The notes under the pieces: generated by a model | Database searches by the model: none | What the model saw: the letters and a program-made list of their open reading frames with translations, nothing else | What the model was told of the DNA's origin: nothing | Source: an uncultured Gemmiger sp. | GTDB lineage: Bacteria > Bacillota > Clostridia > Oscillospirales > Ruminococcaceae | Assembly (NCBI RefSeq): GCF_944388145.1 | Contig: NZ_CALXHQ010000003.1 | DNA length: 32,000 nt | Strand: one strand, 5' to 3' | Part shown: positions 8,801-17,006 of the stretch, piece by piece | Layout of the letters: every line of letters starts with the position of its first letter | Position numbering within the stretch: the first letter of the stretch is position 1 | Made by a program: the position numbers and the translations under genes

Positions 8801-8824
8801 GGTTGCAGCCGGGTGGCCTTTTCC

Positions 8825-8853
8825 TTGCATAATTGGCCTGGGCGCTCTATAAT
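8825..8853 (+). promoter_or_regulatory. SigA-type promoter of the aspartate racemase gene
   Basis: TTGCAT (8825-8830), a 17-nt spacer, then TATAAT (8848-8853). Confidence 0.65.
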
Positions 8854-8896
8854 AGGGATATCTTTCAGCACTGCCCAGGGCAGAGGAGGTTGCGGT

Positions 8897-9628
8897 ATGG
8901 CACAGACGGAAAAGCGCCCGGTACTGGGCGTATTGGGCGGGCTGGGTCCCGCGGCAAGCTGCTACTTGTATCAGATGCTCATTGACCACACGCCGGCAAG
9001 CCGGGACCAGGACCACATCGATGTGGTGATCTCGTCCCGGGCATCCACCCCGGACCGCACCGCCTTCATTGTGGGTCAAAGCAAAGAGGACCCCTTTGCC
9101 GTAATGGAGCAGGACTGCCGCAGCCTGGTGGCCTATGGCGCCACGGTGCTGGCCATCCCCTGCAACACCGCCCATTATTTTTACGACCGGCTGGCCGCCG
9201 CACTGCCGGTGCCGGTTTTGAACATGCCCCGCCTGACGGTGGAAAAAGCCATCCGGCTGGGCTGCCACAAGCTGGGTATCCTGGCCACCGAGGGCACCAT
9301 CCTGTCCGGTACCTACCAGCTGATGTGCCGCCAGTTCGGCCTTGATTGGGCAATCCCCTGCCCCGCACGCCAGCAGGATGTGACCGAGATCATCTACGGC
9401 CAGATCAAGCAGGGGCACCGCGCCAACATGGCACAGTTTCATGCTGCTGCCGACGATCTGCGGCAGCAGGGCTGTGATATGGCCGTGCTGGGCTGCACCG
9501 AGCTGAGCCTGGTCAAGCGAGACGAACATCTGGGCCGCTTTTTCCTGGACAGTACCGAGGTGCTGTGCGAGGCCTCGCTGCGGGCCTGCGGCGTGGACCC
9601 CATCGGCTTTGATGACCTGAAAGGATGA
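8897..9628 (+). CDS. Aspartate racemase (Asp/Glu racemase family)
   Basis: GAGGAGG RBS followed by ATG 8897. MAQTEKRPVLGVLGGLGP..., with two catalytic Cys contexts, CNTAHYF and GCTELS. Confidence 0.88.
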   Translation: MAQTEKRPVLGVLGGLGPAASCYLYQMLIDHTPASRDQDHIDVVISSRASTPDRTAFIVGQSKEDPFAVMEQDCRSLVAYGATVLAIPCNTAHYFYDRLAAALPVPVLNMPRLTVEKAIRLGCHKLGILATEGTILSGTYQLMCRQFGLDWAIPCPARQQDVTEIIYGQIKQGHRANMAQFHAAADDLRQQGCDMAVLGCTELSLVKRDEHLGRFFLDSTEVLCEASLRACGVDPIGFDDLKG

Positions 9629-9705
9629 GCCCGCTTGCTTGAATGTCTGCGGCCGGCTGTCCCTGCGGCCGGTTTGCGATATTTTCCCGAAAGGAACGAT
9701 GCGAT

Positions 9706-10329
9706 ATGAAACGGTTACCCTCCCTGCTCTTGGCGGGATGCCTGGCTTTTGGCCTGGCCGCCTGCCAGGCTGCGAACTCTGCTGCGGACAATCCCCCGCC
9801 GGCCGAGGCGTCCCAATCCACCGCCGCTGCCCCCACGCAGGAGCCTGCCACTCCGGCCCCTGCCGCGGAGGAACCTGCCGAGCCTGCGCCCGTGGAACAG
9901 ACCCCTGCCGACCCCACTGCCGCAGTGCTGATGACGCCCGGCGAGCTGGTGCTGCCCGATGAGGAGGATTTGACGCTGGAGGCGGCGATGCCCGCGCTGC
10001 ACGCCTGCCTGGACGATTCCTTTCCCCATATCACGGTCAGCAACAACGAGGGGGATCTCTCGGTACTGATGTGGAGCGACGGCCTGGGTGCACTGGCCGC
10101 CAGTGCAGACGACGGCGACCCGGAAGCCTCCACCCTGTGGCAGCAGACCGCCGCCAGCGTGACGGAAACCAACAAGATGGTCTACGACGCTTTGCAGGAC
10201 GCCGGGGTGACGGATGCCTCCGTGACCTTTGTGTTGGTCAACGACCTGGACAACGAGTACATCCTGACCTCCGCGGTGGACGGCGAGCTTTTCTTCGATG
10301 TCATCGCCGGTGTCAACATTGACATGTAA
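9706..10329 (+). CDS. Lipoprotein of unknown function with a Pro/Ala/Glu-rich linker
   Basis: MKRLPSLLLAGCLAFGLAAC has a signal peptide plus lipobox (LAAC). A low-complexity PAPAAEEPAEPAPVEQ linker is followed by a folded-looking C-terminus. Confidence 0.75.
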   Translation: MKRLPSLLLAGCLAFGLAACQAANSAADNPPPAEASQSTAAAPTQEPATPAPAAEEPAEPAPVEQTPADPTAAVLMTPGELVLPDEEDLTLEAAMPALHACLDDSFPHITVSNNEGDLSVLMWSDGLGALAASADDGDPEASTLWQQTAASVTETNKMVYDALQDAGVTDASVTFVLVNDLDNEYILTSAVDGELFFDVIAGVNIDM

Positions 10330-10373
10330 CACGGCGGCTGCCCCATGCCGGGGCCTGCCGGCGTGGATTTTGC

Positions 10374-10402
10374 TTGACAGACTGTCCCTGCGCCAGTATA
10401 CT
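10374..10402 (+). promoter_or_regulatory. Consensus SigA-type promoter of the metG leader
   Basis: TTGACA (10374-10379), a 17-nt spacer, then TATACT (10397-10402). Confidence 0.7.
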
Positions 10403-10442
10403 GAAACTGTACCGCCGCGGGTTGGGAAAGGAGCGTGCTGTC

Positions 10443-10520
10443 ATGCAGTTTGAACGCCGTGATGGAATGTATATGTGCAGTTTGCTTCGGCAGCCTGCGC
10501 ATGCTTTCCCCTGCCTGTAA
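10443..10520 (+). CDS. Candidate 25-aa leader peptide MQFERRDGMYMCSLLRQPAHAFPCL in the metG 5' leader
   Basis: AAGGAG lies 9 nt upstream of ATG 10443, and the stop is TAA 10518-10520. Met codons at positions 9 and 11. The 3' end overlaps a segment identical to the terminator 3' arm. Confidence 0.3.
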   Translation: MQFERRDGMYMCSLLRQPAHAFPCL

Positions 10521-10544
10521 GGCCGGGCCCAAACGGAAGCAATC

Positions 10545-10583
10545 ACGGCAGGGCGCCGAACGCGTCCCTGCCGTTTTGTTTTG
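10545..10583 (+). terminator. Leader terminator (attenuator) about 30 nt upstream of metG
   Basis: Stem ACGGCAGGG (10545-10553) / CCCTGCCGT (10566-10574) plus a 3-bp inner extension, followed by TTTGTTTTG. Confidence 0.75.
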
Positions 10584-10614
10584 TCCCCCACTGTGAGAAG
10601 GAGAGATACACCCC

Positions 10615-12627
10615 ATGGAGAATCAGAAGAAATTCTACATTACCACGCCGATCTATTATCCCAGCGACAAGCTGCACATCGGCCACACCTACTGCACTGT
10701 GGCCACCGACGCCATGGCCCGCTACAAGCGGCTGCAGGGCTACAAGGTTATGTTCCTGACCGGCACCGACGAGCACGGCCTGAAGATTGAGCAAAAAGCC
10801 GAAGCCGCCGGCGTGACCCCCCAGCAGTTTGTGGACAACATCGTGGAGGGCCCCCGCGGCGTCAAGGACCTGTGGAAGCTGATGGAGATCAGCTACGACC
10901 GGTTCATCCGCACCACCGACGACTATCATGTGTCCGCCATCCAGAAGATCTTCAAAAAGATGTACGACAAGGGCGACATCTACAAGGGCACCTACAAGGG
11001 CAAATACTGCACCCCCTGCGAGAGTTTCTGGACCGAGAGCCAGCTGGTCAACGGCTGCTGCCCCGACTGCGGCCGCCCTGTGGTGGACGCCGAGGAGGAA
11101 GCTTACTTCTTCCGCCTGTCCAAATATGCCGACCGGGTGCGCGACCTGCTGGTGAACACCGACTTTTTGCAGCCCCGCTCCCGCGTCAACGAGATGGTGA
11201 ACAACTTTATCGACAAAGGGCTGGAGGACCTGTGCGTCAGCCGCACCAGCTTTAACTGGGGCATCCCGGTCAACTTCGACCCCAAGCACGTGGTCTATGT
11301 GTGGATCGATGCGCTGTTCAACTACACCACTGCCCTGGGCTTTATGAACGACCGCTACCCCGACAGCGACTACGAAACCTTCTGGCCCGCAGATGTCCAC
11401 TTTGTGGGCAAGGAGATTGTGCGCTTCCACTCCATCATCTGGCCCGCCATGCTGATGAGCATGGAGATGCCCCTGCCCAAACACGTATTCGGCCACGGGT
11501 GGCTGCTGTTGGACGGCGGCAAGATGTCCAAATCCAAGGGCAATGTGGTGGACCCCTACATCCTGGCCGAGCGGTACAGCGCCGACGCACTGCGCTACTT
11601 CCTGCTGCGGGACTTCCCCTTCGGCACTGACGGCAACTTCTCCAACGAGCTGCTGATCAACCGCATCAACATGGACCTGGCCAACGACCTGGGCAACCTG
11701 CTGTCCCGCACCACCGCCATGGCGGACAAGTATTTTGGCGGCACGCTGCCCGCCGACCAGCAGGAAGGTCCCGAGGACGCCGAGCTGCTGGCCATGGCTG
11801 GCGCACTGCGCGGCAAATACGAGGCCCAGATGGAGAAGTACGCCTTCCAGAATGCGCTGGCCGAGGTATTCAACGTGATCGCCCGCGCCAACAAGTACAT
11901 TGACGAGACCGCCCCCTGGGTGCTGGCCAAGGACGAGGCTAAAAAGCCTCGCCTGGCCCGGGTGCTTTACAACCTGGCTGAGACGCTGCGCATCTGTGCC
12001 ACGCTGCTGCAGCCCTTTATGCCCGCCGCCTGTGACAAGATCTTTGCCCAGCTGGGCGTGACCGACGCCGGCCTGCGCAGCTGGGACAGCGTGGCTGTCT
12101 TTGGCGCCATGCCTGCCGCCTGCACGCTGCACAAGGGCGAGAATATCTTCCCCCGCATCGATGCCAAGAAGGAGCTGGCCGAGCTGGAGGCCATGGAGGC
12201 TGCCCAGAAAGCTGCCGCCCAGGCCGCCCTGTCCAACGAGGAGAAGGCGGCTGCCCAGCCTGCCGATGCGCCTGCCGAGATCATTGACCACGAACCGGAG
12301 ATCAGCTTTGACGACTTTATGAAAACTGAGCTGCGGGTGGGCGAGATCCGCGCCGCCGAGGCCATGAAAGAGAGCAAAAAGCTTTTGCACCTGACCGTCT
12401 TTGACGGCGAGCGGGAGCGCTGCATCCTGTCCGGCATCGCCAAATGGTACAAGCCGGAGGATCTGGTGGGCAAAAAGGTGGCCATTGTGGCCAACCTGGC
12501 CCCCCGCCCGATGATGAAGGGCAAATACGTCAGTGAGGGCATGATTGTCGCTGCCGACACCGCCGACGGCGGCTGCATCATTCCCTTCTTCCCTGCCGAG
12601 GCTCAGGCCGGCAGCCGCATCCACTGA
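10615..12627 (+). CDS. metG: Methionine--tRNA ligase with a C-terminal tRNA-binding (Trbp111/EMAP-like) domain
   Basis: 670-aa ORF with the HIGH motif (DKLHIGHTY), KMSKS (GKMSKSKGN), Cys knuckles (CTPCE, CPDCG), and a C-terminal DFMKTELRVGEI... OB-fold domain. Confidence 0.96.
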   Translation: MENQKKFYITTPIYYPSDKLHIGHTYCTVATDAMARYKRLQGYKVMFLTGTDEHGLKIEQKAEAAGVTPQQFVDNIVEGPRGVKDLWKLMEISYDRFIRTTDDYHVSAIQKIFKKMYDKGDIYKGTYKGKYCTPCESFWTESQLVNGCCPDCGRPVVDAEEEAYFFRLSKYADRVRDLLVNTDFLQPRSRVNEMVNNFIDKGLEDLCVSRTSFNWGIPVNFDPKHVVYVWIDALFNYTTALGFMNDRYPDSDYETFWPADVHFVGKEIVRFHSIIWPAMLMSMEMPLPKHVFGHGWLLLDGGKMSKSKGNVVDPYILAERYSADALRYFLLRDFPFGTDGNFSNELLINRINMDLANDLGNLLSRTTAMADKYFGGTLPADQQEGPEDAELLAMAGALRGKYEAQMEKYAFQNALAEVFNVIARANKYIDETAPWVLAKDEAKKPRLARVLYNLAETLRICATLLQPFMPAACDKIFAQLGVTDAGLRSWDSVAVFGAMPAACTLHKGENIFPRIDAKKELAELEAMEAAQKAAAQAALSNEEKAAAQPADAPAEIIDHEPEISFDDFMKTELRVGEIRAAEAMKESKKLLHLTVFDGERERCILSGIAKWYKPEDLVGKKVAIVANLAPRPMMKGKYVSEGMIVAADTADGGCIIPFFPAEAQAGSRIH

Positions 12628-12639
12628 GCATAGCCTGAT

Positions 12640-12682
12640 GGCCGCCGTCCCCGGTGTTTGTCCGCTGGCGGCGGCCTTTTTG
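12640..12682 (+). terminator. Probable terminator after metG
   Basis: GGCCGCCG (12640-12647) / CGGCGGCC (12669-12676) followed by TTTTT. The loop is large at 21 nt. Confidence 0.5.
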
Positions 12683-12772
12683 TAAGCAGGCAGGCGCGGT
12701 TTGCCCGGCCGGGCGCCGGCTTTGGGAACTTTGCGGGCAATCTGCGCCCGGCACAGAACAAGGAGACCAACC

Positions 12773-13564
12773 ATGACCGACATTTTTGATACCCATGCCC
12801 ATTACTGCTCCCGGCAATTTGACACCGACCGGGATGCGCTGCTGGCCGCCCTGCCGGACGCCGGCGTGGTGGGCGTGCTGGAATGCGCCACCCACTCGGG
12901 GGATGCACCCCGTGTGTTGGAATTGGCCCGCTGCCATCCCTTTGTCCATGCGGCGCTGGGCATCCACCCCGAAAGCCTGGGCGAGGCGGACGCCCCCACC
13001 GTGGCCCTCTACCAGGGCGACTGGCGGGCGGAGTTGAAGGCCATGCGCCCGCTGTTTGACGACCCGGCCGTGATCGCTGTGGGGGAGATTGGGTTGGACC
13101 ATCACTGGCCGCTGCCGGCCCGGGAGCAGTACGATCTGTTTGAGGCACAGCTGCAGTTGGCCGCCGAACGGAACCTTCCGGTATCGGTCCACGACCGGGA
13201 GGCCCATGCCGAGACCTACGATCTTTTGAAAAAGTACAGGCCCCGGGGCGTGCTGCACTGTTACAGCGGCAGCGCCGAGGATGCCGCCTGGCTGGTGGCT
13301 CAGGGGATGTGCCTGGGCTTTGGCGGAGCGGTAACCTACAAGGGCGCCAAGCGGGCCGCCAAGGTGCTGGCAGCCATCCCCCACGAGGCCGCTGTGCTGG
13401 AAACCGACTGTCCCTACATGGCCCCCACGCCGGTGCGCGGCAGCCGCAACGACAGCCGCAACATTGCGTATGTGGCCGGGTATATCGGCGAATTGTGGGG
13501 GATGTCCGCCCAGGATGTGTTGACCCTGACCGCCGCCAACGCACGCCGGGTATTTGGTGTGTGA
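12773..13564 (+). CDS. TatD-family metal-dependent hydrolase / DNase
   Basis: AAGGAG RBS followed by ATG 12773. MTDIFDTHAHY..., then EIGLDHHW, SVHDREAH, ETDCPYMAP. metG-tatD synteny is common in Firmicutes. Confidence 0.9.
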   Translation: MTDIFDTHAHYCSRQFDTDRDALLAALPDAGVVGVLECATHSGDAPRVLELARCHPFVHAALGIHPESLGEADAPTVALYQGDWRAELKAMRPLFDDPAVIAVGEIGLDHHWPLPAREQYDLFEAQLQLAAERNLPVSVHDREAHAETYDLLKKYRPRGVLHCYSGSAEDAAWLVAQGMCLGFGGAVTYKGAKRAAKVLAAIPHEAAVLETDCPYMAPTPVRGSRNDSRNIAYVAGYIGELWGMSAQDVLTLTAANARRVFGV

Positions 13565-13610
13565 CCTTTTTCCCCGTTATCACCAACCATTTTGACAGGA
13601 AGTGATTTCC

Positions 13611-15344
13611 ATGTTTGCTGATTTTCAGCCCCGCAGGCCCCGTCCCCGCAGCTGGTTTGCCGTGGAGCGGGCCGAGCTTTCCGCCATGGGCCGCCCCGCC
13701 CGGGCAGGTACGGCGTTGCTGGCACTGCTGCTGGCGGTACAGCTTGCCTTTTTGTGCTGGTGCAACATGACCCAGTGGCAGAGCCACCTGGATGGGGACT
13801 CCTCCACCCAGATTTTGAAGGTGATGGAGATCGCCAAAGCCGGGTCGCTGTCGCTGCCCAATTGGAACGATACCACCTCCCTGCTGCTGGATACCCCGCT
13901 GATGGTCGCCGCGTTGCTGATGCCGCTGTTCGGCAACGCCTTTGCCGCCTACGGTGCGGGCAACATCCTGCTGCTGGCAGCCTTTGCCTACGCCCTGTGG
14001 CAGCTGCTGCTCCGGGCAGACTGTCCCCTGCCGCTGCGACTGACAGCGCTGTTTCTGATCCTGACGCCTTACAGCTATACCGAGGTGCTTGGCTATGCCA
14101 ACTGCATGGTGGTGCAAAGCGCCCATTACCTGATGCGGGCGCTGTATCTTGTCTATCTGCTGTACAGCCTGGTACAGCTGGACCGGCGGGAAAGGGGCTT
14201 TGGGCATCTGGTCACCTGGCTGTTCACGCTGGGGCTGGGGGCCTGGATCGGGCTTTCCAGCGGGCTGTTCCTGCTGCTGATCGTGCTTTTGCCGGTGGTT
14301 CTTGGTTTTGTGGTGCGGGCCTTTGCCGCCGGCAAGCCGGGGCTGCTGCTCAGCCCCGGGGGCGTGTTTCTCGCGCTGAACCTGCTGGGCTTCGGCGGCG
14401 GCTTCTGGGTACAGCGGTTTGTCATCCACTTTGCCTCCCGGGATGCCTCCATCGCCTGGAACAGTTACACTGAGTTTCTGCCCAACCTCGCAAAGGTCAT
14501 CCAGGGGTATTTCAAGCTGACCGGCGCCCTGCCGTCTGAGGGCGGCGTGACGGTGCTCAGCGGGCGGGGCATCGGTTTTGGCATCGCGTTTATGGTGGCC
14601 ATGGCGGTGGTGCTGGGCGCAGGGCTCTGCCTGTGGCGGATCGGGCACCGGCCTGCCGCCGCCTGCCGGGCCGCCGGGAGCAGCCGCGGCCTGCTGTTCG
14701 CCTGCCTGCTGGGCGTGGTGGGGGTGGACACCCTGATCCTTACCGGTGCGTCGCTGGCCTACGGCGAGACAGTCTATGAAAGCCGCTACCTGATTTTCCT
14801 GTTTGTGGCGGCAGTGCTGCTTTTGGTGCTGGGGCTGCCCTGGCTGCGGCGGACCGGCGGCCTGTACGCTCCCGCGGTGGTGCTGCTGGCCTGCCTGGCG
14901 GCGTCCAACGCTTTTTTGTGCGACAAGGGCTATCTGGACAGCCCCACCTATGATTTTTCCTACGCGGAGGCGGTAACCGGCGCGCTGGACGAAGCCTATC
15001 CCGAAGTCCGGGTGGTGTACATGGTTTCGGACGACCATGACCGCAAGGTGCTGCGCCTGGCCGACCAGAGCAAGGTCTACCGGATGGTGTCAGGCAATTA
15101 CAACCCCGGTGATTACACCTACTACCAGGACGGTACCGGTTTGGAGGCCGGCACGCTGCTGCTGGCCACGGACCAACAGTTTGCGGCACTGGACCCCGCC
15201 GTTGCCGCCGGGTATGAGAAAACCGCCCTGCCCCAGTTCTGGCTGTACATGGATATGACCGGATACAGCACCAGCGACCCCCAACCATACAACGTCTACT
15301 ATTGCCCCAGCGGCGGCATCGACCTGACGGCTCTGCCCAACTGA
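13611..15344 (+). CDS. Large polytopic membrane protein of unknown function, with a C-terminal soluble domain (a GT-C-like glycosyltransferase is only a guess)
   Basis: 577 aa from ATG 13611 (AGGAAG 8 nt upstream; the ORF track starts at GTG 13602). About 10 or more hydrophobic segments, an HLDGDSS motif after the first helix, and a roughly 150-aa hydrophilic C-terminus. Confidence 0.75.
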   Translation: MFADFQPRRPRPRSWFAVERAELSAMGRPARAGTALLALLLAVQLAFLCWCNMTQWQSHLDGDSSTQILKVMEIAKAGSLSLPNWNDTTSLLLDTPLMVAALLMPLFGNAFAAYGAGNILLLAAFAYALWQLLLRADCPLPLRLTALFLILTPYSYTEVLGYANCMVVQSAHYLMRALYLVYLLYSLVQLDRRERGFGHLVTWLFTLGLGAWIGLSSGLFLLLIVLLPVVLGFVVRAFAAGKPGLLLSPGGVFLALNLLGFGGGFWVQRFVIHFASRDASIAWNSYTEFLPNLAKVIQGYFKLTGALPSEGGVTVLSGRGIGFGIAFMVAMAVVLGAGLCLWRIGHRPAAACRAAGSSRGLLFACLLGVVGVDTLILTGASLAYGETVYESRYLIFLFVAAVLLLVLGLPWLRRTGGLYAPAVVLLACLAASNAFLCDKGYLDSPTYDFSYAEAVTGALDEAYPEVRVVYMVSDDHDRKVLRLADQSKVYRMVSGNYNPGDYTYYQDGTGLEAGTLLLATDQQFAALDPAVAAGYEKTALPQFWLYMDMTGYSTSDPQPYNVYYCPSGGIDLTALPN

Positions 15345-15358
15345 TCACCGCACAGTGC

Positions 15359-15387
15359 TTGACCTGACAGCCGTTGCAGGATACAAT
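15359..15387 (+). promoter_or_regulatory. SigA-type promoter of the 77-aa gene
   Basis: TTGACC (15359-15364), a 17-nt spacer, then TACAAT (15382-15387). Confidence 0.6.
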
Positions 15388-15443
15388 AAGGGTACCTGAA
15401 ACGGTCGTTCCGATTCAAATTCAAAATTCAGGAGTGTCATACT

Positions 15444-15677
15444 ATGAAAGCACGGATCCCCAAACACCGCGAATTTATCATCGATTTTCCCAAGGAAGTG
15501 CCCGAGGCCAAAGCCAACGAGGGTTGGAGCAAGCTGATGGCCATTGTGGAGGATTACAAAAAGGCGCATAACGGCCAGTCGGTCTACGCCCCCACTTTCA
15601 TTGAGGACTGTGAGCCTGCGGTCAAAAAACTGCAGGAGGAGTACGGTTTCACCTACACCATCCAGGAAATCCAGTAA
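15444..15677 (+). CDS. Small hypothetical protein (77 aa)
   Basis: AGGAG lies 9 nt upstream of the ATG. The sequence is non-repetitive and charged (MKARIPKHREFIIDFPKEVPEAK...). It has its own promoter and terminator. Confidence 0.65.
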   Translation: MKARIPKHREFIIDFPKEVPEAKANEGWSKLMAIVEDYKKAHNGQSVYAPTFIEDCEPAVKKLQEEYGFTYTIQEIQ

Positions 15678-15692
15678 GTCCCCCCAGGGGTC

Positions 15693-15731
15693 AAAAGCCG
15701 GCGCCGCTTTGGCTGTGCCGGCTTTTGCTTT
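15693..15731 (+). terminator. Intrinsic terminator after the 77-aa gene
   Basis: AAAAGCCGGC (15693-15702) / GCCGGCTTTT (15717-15726), then GCTTTG. Confidence 0.7.
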
Positions 15732-15775
15732 GCCCGCAGCTGCCGGGAGCCACCGCTGTCCGCCATATTTCACGG

Positions 15776-15804
15776 TTGTTTTGTGGGGAAAGCCGCGCTA
15801 TAAT
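15776..15804 (+). promoter_or_regulatory. Candidate promoter of the AlkD-like gene
   Basis: TTGTTT, a 17-nt spacer, then TATAAT (15799-15804). Confidence 0.45.
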
Positions 15805-15840
15805 AAGAAATACAACATCTTTTGGGAGGGGGGACCCGCC

Positions 15841-16548
15841 ATGAACCAGGCTGCCGAGACCATCCGGCAACGTCTGTTTGCGTTGCAAGATACGGCGTAT
15901 CAGGCGTTCCATGCCAAGCTGATGCCCACAGTGGACCCGAGCGTCATCATCGGGGTGCGGATTCCGCTATTGCGCAAGCTGGCCAAGGAGCTGGCCTCCA
16001 CGCCGGAGGCCGCCGCTTTTATGGCGGAACTGCCCCACCGCTACTATGAGGAAAACACCCTGCACGGGCTGCTGATTTGCCGCATGAACGACTATGCCAT
16101 GACGGTACAGGCGCTGGACCGGTTTTTGCCTTTTGTGGACAACTGGGCCACCTGCGACTGCATCAGCCCGCAGGCCTTCCGCCGCCACCCGGATGAACTG
16201 CCCGGCCAGCTGCACCACTGGCTGACTGCCGCACACCCCTATACCGTGCGGTTCGGCATTGGGATGCTGATGCAGTTTTACCTGGACGCCGACTTCCAGC
16301 CGATCTACCTGGATTGGGTGGCGGAGGTGCACAGTGAGGAATACTACGTCAACATGATGATTGCCTGGTACTTTGCCACCGCGCTGGCCAAACAGCCCCA
16401 GATTACCCTGCCGGTCCTGCAGCAGAATCGGCTATCCACCTGGGTGCACAACAAAACCATCCAGAAGGCGGTGGAAAGTTACCGCATCCCGCCGGAGCAG
16501 AAAGCGTACCTGCGCACCCTGCGCCGGAAAGAGCCCGCCCGTTCCTAA
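15841..16548 (+). CDS. DNA alkylation repair protein (AlkD-like HEAT-repeat family)
   Basis: ATG 15841 within the longer ORF. MNQAAETIRQRLFALQDTAYQAFHAKLMPT...IGVRIPLLRKLAKEL...DNWATCD... matches the DNA_alkylation family pattern as I recall it. Confidence 0.75.
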   Translation: MNQAAETIRQRLFALQDTAYQAFHAKLMPTVDPSVIIGVRIPLLRKLAKELASTPEAAAFMAELPHRYYEENTLHGLLICRMNDYAMTVQALDRFLPFVDNWATCDCISPQAFRRHPDELPGQLHHWLTAAHPYTVRFGIGMLMQFYLDADFQPIYLDWVAEVHSEEYYVNMMIAWYFATALAKQPQITLPVLQQNRLSTWVHNKTIQKAVESYRIPPEQKAYLRTLRRKEPARS

Positions 16549-16561
16549 CCCGCGCAAAACA

Positions 16562-16606
16562 CCCCCGGAAACGATTGTGAGGTCGTTTTCGGGGGTGGAG
16601 TGTTTT
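16562..16606. terminator. Shared hairpin between the convergent AlkD-like and blaI-like genes
   Basis: CCCCCGGAAACGA / TCGTTTTCGGGGG (one bulge). A T-run lies at 16602-16606 on plus and TGTTTTG on minus. Confidence 0.5.
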
Positions 16607-16610
16607 TGTG

Positions 16611-17006
16611 TCATTCCGGCTTGCCGCGGCCGGCCTTGAGCTGCGCCAGGTATTCCTCCAGTTCATCAATGTCCCGGTCCGTCAGGGTGTCGCTTTCGGC
16701 CATGGCGGCGATCAGGTTTTTGGCGCTTCCCTCAAACAGGCGGGACAGGGCGCTGCGGCTTTCCACCGGCAGGTAGTCTTTGCGGGAAAGGGCCGCCCGA
16801 TACAGGTAGCCCCTGCCCTGCTTTTCCCGCACCACACAGCCTTTGGCCTCCAGGCGGGAAAGCAGCGCCAGCAGCGTGGTGCTGGCCCAGTTGTGCTGCG
16901 CCAAACGGACCTCCAGCTCAGGGCGGGTCAGGGGGGTATCCGCCTGCCACAGGGCTTTCATCACTTCCAGCTCGGCATCGGGCAGACGTTTGGGGTTGTT
17001 GTTCAT
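16611..17006 (-). CDS. BlaI/MecI/CopY-family winged-helix transcriptional repressor
   Basis: 131 aa, ...LPDAELEVMKALWQADTPLTRPELEVRL...TTLLALLSRLEAKGCVVREKQGRGYLYRA.... ATGA overlap with the upstream M56 gene. Confidence 0.9.
   Translation of the reverse strand: MNNNPKRLPDAELEVMKALWQADTPLTRPELEVRLAQHNWASTTLLALLSRLEAKGCVVREKQGRGYLYRAALSRKDYLPVESRSALSRLFEGSAKNLIAAMAESDTLTDRDIDELEEYLAQLKAGRGKPE

Noticed and set aside
10403-10583. T-box or SAM riboswitch in the metG leader
   Set aside because: There is no AANNNGGGTGGTACCGCG-like T-box sequence next to the terminator, no UGGN bulge in the candidate antiterminator, and no SAM-I-like core that I can recognise. A covariance-model search is needed to be sure.
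10543-15038. 746-aa and 811-aa minus-strand ORFs (10543-12783, 12603-15038)
   Set aside because: They are antisense to metG, tatD and the membrane protein gene. The sequences are low-complexity and Arg/Pro/Gly/Gln-rich with no recognisable domains, so they are high-GC artefacts.
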